DNA of 64,000 nucleotides from Cycas panzhihuaensis (Eukaryota; Plantae; Cycadophyta): NCBI GenBank assembly GCA_023213395.1, contig CM041465.1, positions 177,203,741 to 177,267,740 of the forward strand, read 5' to 3'. Shown piece by piece: positions 51,867 to 64,000 of this stretch (position 1 is its first letter; each line of letters starts with the position of its first letter). The notes under the pieces were generated by a model. It saw only the letters and a program-made list of their open reading frames with translations, ran no database searches and was not told where the DNA came from. The position numbers and the translations under genes were made by a program.

Positions 51867-54800
51867 TGTGAGAATAGGTACAAGTACAATATTACAAGAT
51901 CAAATAATACACAGGAAAAATCTAATATTATACATATACACATGATGTGACAAGTGGAAAACCCCTTCTAGGGAAGAAAAACCACCTCCTAATCTAAAAT
52001 TTTATTAAGATCAAAAGCTATACATAAAACCATAAGAATATCATCTACATATGACAAAACTAGCATTTGAAAAAGGCTTTGGACAACCTCCTAGATTCTC
52101 AAAACCACCTCCTTGAATCTAGGAGAGAGTATTAATAATAAGAAAGGTTCGTTGAAATATGCAGTTGTGCATTTTAATGACCTTTTATATAATAATTAAA
52201 TAATGACTTAACCTTTTAAATTAAAACCTTTGAGTCACTTAAATAATTATTGATACATGTGACTAAAATATAATATAACAATAGAATAAAAGTAACATTA
52301 ATAATTCTAACATCTCCCTTTAATGTTAACTTTTATAAAGAATGTCTTCATTGTGTTGATCCCCCTTTAATGGAGACTTCTTTTATCTTTAACAAATCTC
52401 ATAGGTTTAGAAACTTGACTTCAGTTAAAGACTTTGTGAGTATGTCAACAACCTATAGATCTGTAGGATGATAAAATAAATAAATAATATTATTAGTAAC
52501 AAAATTATGAATAAAATACTAATGTAATTCTATATGTTTAGTTCTAAAATGTGCTACTAGATTTGTACCAATAGCAATGGCACCTTGATTATCAACTTTA
52601 AGTTTAATGGAAGAGTTAGGAGATAGACCAATTTCATTTAGAAGAGATTTGAGCCAAAGTGTTTCTTTGTTGGCTTCAACGAGTGCTCGATATTCAGCTT
52701 TAGTCATTGATAGAGCTAGTGCCTGCATTTTCTTACTAAACCAAGTAATAGGTGAAGAATCTATAAAAAATACATAACCTGATGTAGAATTATGATCATT
52801 TGTATCACCAGCCCAATCTAAATCAGTATATCCTATTAAAGTTAGAGGTTTACTACAAAAATTATAAGTTGGTCCATAAAAAATAGTGTTCTAAAGATAT
52901 CATAATATATGTTTAGCAGCTTTCCAATGTGATTCATGTGGATTTTACATATAATGTGAACAGAAAGTGACAGCATAAGATATATCAAGGTGGGTATAAG
53001 TTAAATAAATAAGACTACTAATTAGTTGTCTATATAATATTGGATCACATAAAGGTGTTAAACAATTAGTAGATAAATTTACTCCTGATTATAATAGATT
53101 AGAGATGGGTTTAGCATTTTCTATATTAAACCATTTAATTAAGTCTAAAATATATTTAGGTTGTGATATAGATATTTTTGAATCATTTTGATAAATTTAT
53201 AATACAAGAAAATAATGTAGGAGACCTAAATCAGTCATTTCAAATTTATTCATTAAAGTAGTTTTTAAGTGATGAATGTTATTTATTGATGATTCAGTGA
53301 TGATGATATCATCAATATACATGATTAAAATGGTAATATTATCGTTTTCATGTTTGAAATAAAGATTTGGATCACTAATACATTTAGTGTATCTAATTTG
53401 AATGAGATAATCGTCAACTTTAGTGTACCAAACTTGAGGAGCTCGTTTTAATCCATAAATAGATTTCTTTAGTCTACAAACTAAATTAGGATTATTAATA
53501 AATCTAGGTGGCTAAGATATGTAGATCTCTTCTTTGAGATCACCATTTAAAAATACACTCTTTACATCTATTTGATAGATTTTCCAACTAAATTTGGCTA
53601 CTAGAGCAATAATTGTTTTAATCGTATTCATCTTTGCAATAGGGGCAAAGGTTTCGTTATAATCAATGCCATCTATTTGAGAAAATCCTTTTGTAACTAG
53701 ATAAGCTTTACATTTTTTTATTACACTTATTGAGTTGTATTTAGTTATATAAACCCATTTACAGTCAACTATGTTTTTTCTCAGTGGGAGCAATATGAGA
53801 TCCCAAGTTGAATTCTTGATTAAAGCATCAAATTCAGCTTGTGTAGCTTCCTACCATATATGATTATTACTAGCTTGTTTAAAGGTTTTATGATTATTAT
53901 TGTCCATTATTTTGGCCATTAAGGCATAGTTAGCATGTAATTTTTAGGCATGTATTTGCTTGTTATCTGAAAGATTACCTACATCATATCCAACATCAAC
54001 AAGCGTTTTCTTTACCTATGCAGGTTGTTTGTTGGTAATTGTTTCTGTAGTTATAGGTTGATTTGATGAGCTAGCTTAAGAAGAAGAGTCTATTTTAGTA
54101 GGTTCAGTTAGAGTCCAATTCTAGACTTGAGTAGATAAGGATTCTATGATTTCAGGGTTAGCTTGATTGTTATAGGGGTCAACCAAATAGGTGTTGGTTA
54201 ACAGATTTTTAATTAGAAGGTCTACATAAGTAAAGGTTGAAGAAGACCCTTCTTCATCAAATATGACGTCACGCAAAATTAAAATTTGATGCGTGACTAG
54301 ATCCAAAAGTATATAAGCTTTACTTTCTTCGTTGTATCCAAAAAAGATGTATTTTTAACTCTTAGGATCTAGTTTCTTATGTTTTTCTTTGGGAACATAT
54401 CTCCACGCAATACTTCAAAAGATTCATAAATGATTAACTCAAGGTTTACTTCTAGGCCATTTTTGTTTTAGAGTAATATTATATAAGCATTTACTAGGTA
54501 AACGATTTAGTAGATAGTTGGAGTAGTTAATTGCTTCTGCTCATAACTTTAGGTCAAGATTCTTTGTATATAACATACAACGAGTCATCTCAACAAGAGT
54601 GCGGTTCTTACGTTCAGCAACACTATTTTGCTGAGAAGTGTATGCAATAGAATGCTTGAATTAAATTCGATACTTTTTACAAAAGGAAATAAATTTACCA
54701 CTTAAGTATTCCTTAACATTATCAGATCTAAAAATTTTGATTTTTGAGTTTGATTAGTTTTCAACAAGTATTTTGAATTCTATGAAAATATCAAACACTT

Positions 54801-56255
54801 GACTATGTGTTTTGAGTGTGTATACCCAACATTTTCTTGAAAAATCATCAATAAATGTAACAAAATAACAAAAGTCAGAGTATGATATTATATGAAATGA
54901 TCCACATATGTCAGAGTGAACATGTTCAAGTGGAACTTTTGCTCTAAATTAAGTTTTATATAGAAAATAGTCTATGTGTTACTTACCTGATACACAAGCT
55001 TCACAGACACCATAAATAGTATTTAAGGGTGGAAGACCATGAACCATGTCATGTCTTTTTAGATATTGAAGTTTGCCATAACTTGTATGGGCAAATCGTG
55101 CATGCCAAATTTTATTGACTGATTCAGATTTGGTGATGAAGGCACTGAAGGGTTTTGTTTTGTTATTTTGTAAACTTGTTAAACTATAGAGACATGTGCT
55201 ATAATCAATAAGTCTTAAGGAAATATGTTTAAATTTATTTAATGGCTCTTTAATGATAAATTTATCTTTCCAAAATTCGACGATAAGGTCTTTCTGGCAT
55301 ATTTAACAAATTAAGAGTAGGTTTGGTAACAAACCTGGTATGTAGAAGACGTTTGTTATTAAACTGTATTTTAAAGTAATATTATCCGGTCCTTTTACTT
55401 TAAGTTGGGTTCCACTTCTAAAAGAAATCTCTTCTTCATAGTTAGTTTTAGATTGATAAGTGGATAAGTGTTTTTAGTATCTTGTCATGTGATGGGATGC
55501 ACTAGAGTCAAGGATCCATTATGGTGGTTGATTAGTTAGAGCAACAAATGCAAAAGTTGTTGCCATTAGAGAACGATTATAAGTTTGTTGTCGATTTTGT
55601 GGTCGAGATTGAGGTCAATTTTGTAATCCCTTGGAAGCTTTCCATGTTTCTAAAGTTATTCTACTTCTACAGACATTAATAGTGTGGCCTCTTTTATGAT
55701 AATAGGCACAACTAGTGTTTTGAGAAGGATTTATATTGTTTTAATTAGGAAATGGCTGATTAGGAGTATTCCAATGTTTAGATGGACTAGAATACTTAAT
55801 ATTATTTTAAGAGTTAGGTTTCTAAAATTTTGGATTACTGTTAAAATTGTTCTGATGTTTATTTTTATTTTATGGCTTAGTTTTGGAAAATAAAGCTTAG
55901 GAAGGATATTTTAATATGCCTGTCTGAATTAACATCATTTGATGTTCTATCAGTTGGTTTGTCAACTGATTAAATTTTATAGGAGGATTACCAACTTATT
56001 ATCTGGATGTTTTGAAAAAATTAAAATATTTTGGTAATTTGTTTATTACAAGATGAACAAGTATATCATCGTCTTTAGCATGAGTAATTATTTTTTCGGT
56101 ATCACTTACTTTAATTTTAGATTTAATACAATTACCTAGATCTTTTTTTTTTTTTTTGATAAGGTAAAATAAATTAAAGGGGTTTTAACTGGGTCCCCAA
56201 ACCCGGTATAACAAAGCCAAGCGGCAAAAAAATATGACCATGACAGACCCATGGT

Positions 56256-59200
56256 CTAACCCAAGATTAAATCTGCAGTCTTGGTTCCCTCTCCCCTATG
56301 TACATCTACCCTGACCAATCTCAGTAACTCCTCCGGGAACTCCTCTTTCCAAACTTTTGATATTTTATTAGACACAGCCCAATTTGCCAACCAATCCGCC
56401 ACCGAATTGCCTTCCCTATAGGTATGCTGAATCTGAAACTCCGCCCTAGCTCTCAGGACATCTTTGGCGTCCTCAAAAATATCTATGTTCTCCCAACCTG
56501 GGTCCATTTCCCCTTTCAAGCTCTTAATTGCGTACATAGAGTCACCCTCAATTATCACCTTTTGTACATCTTCCTCGTCTAGTACAGTAATGGCCCTCAG
56601 CATAGCCCGGACCTCAGCTTTTTGGTTCAATTGAACCCCAAAGTATTCCGCAAAGGCCCATCTCACGTTACCATCATGATCCCTGCAAAGGCCCCCACCT
56701 CCCGCCTCCCCGGGGTTGCCTTTAGCGGCGCCGTCAAAATTGACTTTTACCCAAGCTCCATCTGGAGGATGCCACTTGACATCTCTTCTCTTTGCTTTAA
56801 CTCCATCGCGGGGTACTATACCCCAATATTTAATAATATCCTCTTCCCCCTTGGAGAGCCTATCCTCCTTAGGTCTATCCATCATTTCTGAGATGGCCTT
56901 TCTGATCTCTATCGCCAACACTTGGCTATCCTTCTCTTTACCTTCGAATATCCTCCTGTTTCGTTCTTTCCAGATGAACCAAGTACCTACCGGGAGGATC
57001 ATCTTCCAAAGCCTGGAGAGGATTTTGCTTTTGAAAGGCGATGTCCATGCAGCCCACTGTTCACCTAGGGAATACGAGGACACCCAGGCTATCCCCATCC
57101 CAGCCCAGATAACATTCCAAATCCCCTCCGAATAAGGACAGTGGATGCACAGATGGTCCAGAGTTTCAACATCCATCTTACACATCACACATCTACTCAC
57201 CAACTGGAATCCCCTCTTTGAGAGGTTATCCAGTGTTAGTAATTTGTTTTGAAGGCATAACCACCAGAAGGCTGCGATTTTAGGGAGAACCCCTAACTTC
57301 CATACCCCAGCCAGGCTATCATCTCTTTCCCATCCCTCTCTCCTCATCCTCAAGTCGTAGCCCGTTTTAACCATGTATGAACCCCCAGACGAAAGGGGCC
57401 ATACCAAGGAATCTGGGCCCATCCTCTTCGGGATATACTGCTTATCTAAGATCTCTTTCACCCTGCGGATTTCCTCCTCAAGACCAGGTACTTCCTCGAA
57501 TGATCTCCACCTCCTATCCTTTCCTTGCCCAACCCAATAATTCTTGACCAGAATGCCATAGCGGTTTACACATTCTCTCCTCATGGAACCACTATTCAGC
57601 ATCTCCTCCTACTTAAAATGTCCACACCATTTATCTTCCCATAACCTTATGCTTTCGCCATCCCCCAGCTTCCAGCGCATACCTTCACGAAGAAGGGTCC
57701 TTGAGGAACTAATGGCTCTCCAAACCTGGGAACCCTCCTTGCAAAGCCCTTCCTCCAGAAGAAAGTGCTTGTCCCCCAAATACTTCCTCGCAATAATCCT
57801 CCCAGTCGTGCACTTCTTTTGAAAGCCTCCATCCCGTCTTTGCCAAGAGGGCTTCATTGAAATAACCCAGTCTTCTTACGTTTAGGCCTCCCGCCCACTT
57901 AGGTCTGCACACCTTCTCCCAGGACACTAGGTGAAATTTCCTTTTCTCTTCAGCACCTGACCAAAGGAATCTCTTCATAATTCCTTCCAGAGTCATAATG
58001 ACCCTTTTCAGAATTTTGTAGACCGTCATTTGATAGACCGGAATGCTCTGCAGGGAAGCCACAAGCAGCTGGATTTTCCCACACCGAGAGAGCCCTTTCC
58101 AACCAGCCAACTTCCTATTGAATCTGCTTACTACTGAATCCCAAATATCCTTCCCCATCCTACCTGTAAAAAGAGGCATACCCAGATAAGAGCTAGGGAG
58201 GGTGCCTCTCGCCATCTCCAGAATCCTACAGATTTTTGCTTGAAGTCTCTCCGGAGTGTTGATAAAATAGACCGAACTCTTGTTCAAATTTATTTTTTGG
58301 TTTGTCGCCTTTTCATACGCCTGAAGACCCAGTTTTAGAGCCCTGGCCTCCCTCAAGGAGGCCCTACATAGGAAAATATTGTCATCTACAAACTGGTGAA
58401 GCACTATGTTTTCTAGGTTAGAGGAGGCTCTCAATCCTGTTATCCTCCCTATCCTCTGAGCCTCCATCGTCGCCCTGCCAAGCATCTCTGCCATAATAAT
58501 GAACAAGAAGGGAGAGAGGGGGTCACCTTGCCTCAGGCCCCTAGATCCCACAAAGAAAGGGGTCGACCTCCCATTTATTAATACTGAAAAGGAGACTCTG
58601 GATATACAGCACCAAATCCACTCCCTCCATATCTCCCCAAAACCAAAAGCCTCAAGGCACTCCATCAAGCAGTCCCAAGCCACCCGATCATAGGCCTTTG
58701 ATATATCTGTTTTAATAATCATTCCGGCTTCCTTGCGATACATCGTCGAATGCAAGGTCTCATGGGCAATTATAATACCGTCTGAGATTTGTCTACCTTT
58801 GACAAACCCATCCTGGTTTGGGGAAATGATGTCCGGGAGGTACTGCTTTAGGCGATTTGCCATCACTTTTGCCAATATTTTATATTTTACGTTGCACAGA
58901 CTGATTGGTCTGAAGTCTTCCATGACTTCCACACCCTCCTTCTTTGGAATCAGAGCCAAAAACGTGGCCTGCCATTCTTTTAGAATTGTGCGCCTCTGAA
59001 AGAATTCGTTTAGCGCCTCCAGCAAGTCATCCTTGATTATCTCCCAATATTCCTGGAAAAAACCTGGAGGAAAACCGTCCGGCCCCGGGGCCTTATCGCG
59101 TCCCATCTTGAATAAAGCCCTCTCTACCTCCTCCTGGGAGAAGGGTTCTACCAATTTATTATTCTGATCCTCATTAATCAATTTCGGTATATGATGTAAG

Positions 59201-60463
59201 AGTGCCTCCCTAATGGAGGAGTCCTGACATCCTGGCTCAGTAAATAACTTCTTAAAGTGTTCCATGGCAATACCACCGATCTGATCCTCCGCCTCATACA
59301 CAACCCCATCCTTGCTCCAGATTTTTGAGATCCTGTTGTGAACCCTATGTCTCATAGTGGTCATATGGAAAAACTTCGTGTTTCTATCCCCCTCCCTAAT
59401 CCATTGCTCTCTGGATTTCTATTTCCAGAATATTTCCTCTCTAGCCAGCACCTCCTCATATTTCCTGGATGTTGTAAGCTCCTTATGGTCCAGTTCCTGG
59501 GTTCTTCCCTCACTCTGGATCCTGTCCTCTATACCTTTTAGTTCCTCCAACAGAGCACCCTTGTGTTCGAATATATTACCAAAGACCTCTTTATTCCAAG
59601 TTTTGATTTGAGTCTTAATCCAATTCAGCTTCCTTGAAAATCTAAACATGGCACAACCCGGAATCTGAATGCCCCACCATTCCTTGATCCTCTCTCTCAA
59701 GTCTGGATGTTTCTGCCACATAAGCTCAAATGTAATGGCGCCTTTGAAAAAGTTTAACGAACCCCTCCAAAATGAGGGGAGTATGGTCCGACCCCATTTT
59801 CGGAAGGGCCTCCAGCTTGACACCTTCGAAATGACATGCCCATTCATAGTTTATTAACATTCTATCCAATCTGCACTGTATATGATTTTGCCCTAGCCTC
59901 CTATTGGACCATGTATACCTCGCTCCCCTAAGAGGAACGTCCATCAAGCCACCTGATTGCACAAAAACACCAAGATCAGACATACTTCTAGTCCACCCCC
60001 CTTGCCCGCCTTTCTTCTCTTCTGGACTCAAAGGGGAATTGAAGTCCCCCGCTACCAGCCAAGGGCCAACCCAAACTTTATGGGCCGCCACCAATCCTTC
60101 CCATAATCTCCTCCTACCCTCTACCGAATTTGGGGCGTAGATATTCGTAATCCAATACTCTCTGTTAGTGGATGTACTAACCAACCCAACAGTGAGGAGG
60201 TGTTCGCTCTTGCACACCTCCCAGCCTTTCCATCTTTTGGGATTCCACAGGGAGGCCAACCCTCCGGAACCCGCCAAGCCTGCACTAGTCTTCCCCTCTC
60301 CGCTCCTCCAAATCTTATTCAGCACCTCTGCTTCCTTGATCTGCTCCATTTTGGTCTCCTGCAGAAGTACAATGTCAACCTCTGACCTTATTCTAACCTC
60401 TCTAACCAATCTTTGCTTTGAAGGGGCATTTAGCCCCCTGATATTCCAAGAAAGGATCTTCAT
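56256..60463 (-). pseudogene. LINE-D ORF2 (APE endonuclease, RT, zf-RVT, RNase H), broken by a few frameshifts/stops
   Basis: MKILSWNIRG, GDFN, SDH; GLRQGDPLSPFLF, QFVDD; CVMC..HLCIHC; NFDGAAKGNPG, IEGDS, REGNSVADWLA. Confidence 0.93.
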
Positions 60464-60552
60464 GAATGGCTTCGCCCCTCATCCTTTCCTGCTTCTGAGG
60501 TTGGGGCCTTCTAGTGCCCCCCCTTCTTTCAGCGTGCTCTGGTATCCCAAGT

Positions 60553-61908
60553 CTATCTGGGCCTGCATTTCTCTCTCCCTTGTGGCCTTTCTAGGGGGTC
60601 TGCCCACCTTCTTTTCCATTCCATAATCTGGAGCCTTCCTAATTTCTGTTGAGGTGTTTTTAGAAACCCACTTATGCCCCCTCTGCCTGTATCTGAACCT
60701 CTCACCCCTCCACCCCTACCTCCTTCCACTGCCGCTCCTGCCTGACTTTCCTCTAGAATCTGGTCTTTCAGGACCCCCTCCTCGGGTTCAGAAAGATAAT
60801 CTTCTAAATCCCAGTTTATGTTCCTAGCCAGCTTAGCAAGTGCCTCATCAGCTGAGGCCTGGATATCGCCTTCCCCTCGAGTCTGATCTGTGTCCTCTGG
60901 TCTCTCCAGGCTGGGGAAACCAGCGTTCTCAACACCTTTAGACTTTCCTTTACCATATTCCATTTCCACCGGGATCTCCCCTCCTCCTTCCTGAGTTTCC
61001 TTGATGGCCACCGATTCAGTTTCCGTTTCTGAGGGACCAACCCCAGTAGAGGCCTCCCCAACACCCCGCACATTACAGGGCACCTCCTCTGAACTATCCC
61101 CTTTCTCCTCTCCAGTGTCGTTCACGTCTGTTCTTCCAATTTCCCCTTTGATATCCCCCTGATTATCCTCCTTCCTCGGGATTCCCAGGCATTGAAAGGG
61201 GAGATGCCCCCGAATCTTACATTTTGTACACCTGAATGTCTCCACCTCATAAAATAAACCTTAATTGATGGACCTCCCGTCTGACTCCAACTCTATCTCG
61301 TCCGGGAGCTCCTCCTCGAGCTTAGCCAAAGACACGTAATCGGCATTCATCAGTCTAGATTTATGTTTGGTAGCCGAATCGACAGCTAGAAGAGGCCCTA
61401 TCATTTTGGCTGTCCCTCTTACCGTCTCCGGATTCCAAAAATGTAGGGGAAGCCCTGGAAGTTGGACCCAAACCAGAGCTTGTTTAACCACAGGGATGCC
61501 TGGGTCGAAATCTGGATGCCATTTCTCCAAAGTCATGGCCTTCCTACCGAACATCCATGGGGATTTCAGCAAAATAGGGATCATGTCTTCCTGACTTGAA
61601 AACCTAAACAAAACACACCCTTTAGGTAATGCCATAACCTGGACAGGGTTTCTGGTCTTCCATTTGTATCTTATCCACTCCCTGATCGAGTCCAGACCTG
61701 GCCTGGGACCCGAAAACCTGCCTACCAGGCTGTTATCCCAGTACTGGATAGTTCTTTCGGTGACTTCTTTTGGTATTGTTAATTTAAATCTGTTTCCAAT
61801 TTTAATGGGGGATATGTCTAGTTCCTCATGGTTCCCATTATTTAAAACTTCACGGTAAGTCCTCCCAGAAGGAGAGGACTGAGATTGGTTCATAGATAGC
61901 TGCATCAT
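60553..61908 (-). pseudogene. LINE-D ORF1 (DUF4283/RRM + CCHC knuckle), disrupted near 61250-61260
   Basis: VWVQLPGLPLHFW in ORF 61261-61908; CTKCKIRGHLPFQC in ORF 60553-61245. Confidence 0.9.
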
Positions 61909-63122
61909 ATAAACAATAGCACAAAAAACTCAAGCAAACTGCAGAGGCAACACAAGCTCACCATTAAACATAGATCACACCTCTGTAACTTGTGTAGGTA
62001 TTTGCAAAGCCTAGCCTCCTTGCTGTCCTGCCTCTCTGCCTTCCAGATAGCCAAACTTTGAAATCGAAGCCTGAGTCTGATGCTATATAGCCTGCCGATC
62101 CAAAATGAGCTGCTAAAGACCGTCCAAAACCGCACCGCAATGAGAGCCTCCAAACCCTTAGTGTATATGGCCCGCGTGCCTTTACCCGGGCGACTTCTCT
62201 GTCCCTTCTCCATACTGCCTAGCCGTCCCTTGTCTGAGAAACAAACCCCACCATTGCATCTCTTTACTGCTCTATCATCGGTCGAAGCTTCCGGAAAACA
62301 TTTCCAACGCCACGCTGCTCCCACGCATGAGGGATCCAGACCGAAAACCAGCTCACGCCATGGAGATTTCACTTCTGGGGGGATGCCCCTTCGTCTTCGC
62401 CTTCGAAAGATCCTAACCCTAGCCGCCAGTTGCAGGTCGACGTCTCAGAGCCAAAAAAATTCCACAACTCGTTTGTGGATTTTGTGACTTCAACTCTAAT
62501 TCCTAGTAAACCTTACCTAGATCTTTATTAATTAGTTGAATTTTACATAAAAAATCATTAATCTTAGAAAAATCATCATAATTAAGGTTATACAGTTATT
62601 GTTCTAAGATAACTAGTCAATGTGTATCGACCTTATTATATTTTTCTTGTAGAGTATTCCAGACAGTGGCTAGATTATCTCTTTCAAAAAACTACTGCCT
62701 GATTTCTAGTGAAAGTAAGTTCAATATGGTGCCTAGGGATGAATCTGAGTTTATCAGATATACCATATAACTTTCTGTAGTTTCATCTTTTGGTTTTTTA
62801 AATTCACTTATTACATATCGCCATATCTTTTACTGTTTAAGCTGATGGGATATGTGATTCCTCTAGTCAGCATAATTTGAGCCAATTAAAACTGGAATTA
62901 AAATGTAGGTGGTTGTTCCTAGTATTAAAGCCATATTAGGAATTATAGAGTTTGATTGGAGATTGAAAAATATAAGAGTAGGTGAAAAAATAATCACTTA
63001 GTAAGGTTTCCAAATATTAGATTAACATTTCGTAGTCATGATTAAAGACTGAAAAACATAATAGGATAAATAAATACCCTTCCCTTTAAAAAGAATTACA
63101 TGTTCCTATTTTCCTTAAAAGA

Positions 63123-63195
63123 TAAATAGTTCCCCTTAACCTTAAAAAATAAATAGTCCACCTTAACTTTAAAAATAAATAGTCCCCCTTAACCA
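63123..63195. repeat. Three ~27-bp tandem repeats in the Copia-4 leader
   Basis: TAAATAGTYCMCCTTAACYTTAAAAA, third copy partial. Confidence 0.8.
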
Positions 63196-63663
63196 AATAA
63201 GTGTTTTACTAAAAAAATATTTAGATTAAAAAAAGATTATTACTTTACTATTGTTGATTAGCTAATTATAGAGTAGAAAATATATTAATTTAAAAGAAAA
63301 ATTTTATTGATTTTAAAAACATAATTCTAGTATTTGAAAGGTATTTTATTTTTAAACATTTAATGAAATTTATACAAAGTTTTTATCTATTAAAAAAAGA
63401 GTTTAATTAGAAAAGAATAATATTGTGTTATAGGTGGAACACTGTAGTTAATATGATAAAGTAAACATAATAAAGATGATTAAATTTGAAATGTGTATGT
63501 CAACTTTAAAAGAGGATTAATTTGACATTAAACAAATTAGTTGGGGAGGTTGTTTGTAATAAAGAGAGTATAAATTAAGTGTATTACATTGTAGTGAATG
63601 AGGGAACTTAAAGTATATAGGAGGTATTGATTTAGCCTGAGTTAATTAGGCTTTATTTAAAAA

Positions 63664-63665
<2 letters not shown>

Positions 63666-63726
<61 letters not shown>
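63666..63726. repeat. (AT)n microsatellite, ~30 units
   Basis: Directly visible. Confidence 0.98.
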
Positions 63727-63733
<7 letters not shown>

Positions 63734-64000
63734 GTATATATATAATCTTTAAGAGAGGGTTAAAGGTTATAAATACCTCATAATAAAGAGAAGGTTTATT
63801 TTGAAATTAAGGAAATTAAAGAGGAGTGGGTTTTTATTTATACATCACTTATAATAGAAAAAAAAGGAATTAACTAATAAAATGTGGGTGGAAATTTTAA
63901 CAAAAAACGAAGTTATAAGTATAAAGGAGGAAGGATTAAAAGTAAGAAGATAAATTAAATGATAAAAATTAAGGTGTTAGGGGGGGGGGGGGGAGGGGAT

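Larger units (their letters stand above)
56146..62512 (-). mobile_element. Young full-length L1 LINE with C-terminal RNase H (LINE-D)
   Basis: Perfect TSD TTACCTAGATCTTT (56132-56145, 62513-62526), poly(A) seen as T15 at 56143-56157, long ORFs, CpGs retained. Confidence 0.97.
51867..64000 (-). mobile_element. Ty1/Copia element (Copia-4), interrupted in gag by LINE-D; 5' LTR not seen in the window
   Basis: 3' LTR ~51867-52312, PPT 52313-52322. RNase H 52519-52728, RT 53512-53793, protease WILDSSASHHM ~55500; gag start ATG 62934 (IPVLIGSNYAD*R). Confidence 0.9.

Noticed and set aside
50365-51943. ORFs of 75-129 aa
   Set aside because: No recognisable motifs; composition of a purine-rich LTR-like tract.
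56622-61858. Numerous plus-strand ORFs over LINE-D
   Set aside because: Antisense shadows of ORF1/ORF2.
63979-63998. G-run as PPT or G-quadruplex
   Set aside because: At the window edge, on the wrong strand for a Copia-4 PPT; context missing.

Overview
AT-rich, CpG-depleted land-plant heterochromatin made almost entirely of nested retrotransposons, with no intact host gene. It contains Ty1/Copia elements (874-6969, 27701-34061, ~42380-46280, 51867 to beyond the window end, plus fragments), two Ty3/Gypsy elements (a chromovirus at 10436-22425 and a fragmented minus-strand copy), and L1-type LINEs of different ages, including a young near-intact RNase H-bearing copy at 56146-62512. Many insertions can be ordered by their target-site duplications (TSDs). 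The standout is a non-autonomous Copia derivative (12946-17371, minus strand, TSD ATCTT) nested in the chromovirus. Its 5' leader carries a concatenated cassette of host-gene fragments, all antisense to the element: ~250 codons of the flagellar gene CFAP58/CCDC147, a myosin XI tail piece, a probable myosin VIII motor piece, and a UBP12/13 (USP7) exon. The ORF track largely misses these because of C>T stop codons. CFAP58 together with plant myosins points to a plant lineage with flagellated sperm; cycad or Ginkgo is my inference. Protein identities come from manual translation and recalled family motifs, not from database searches.
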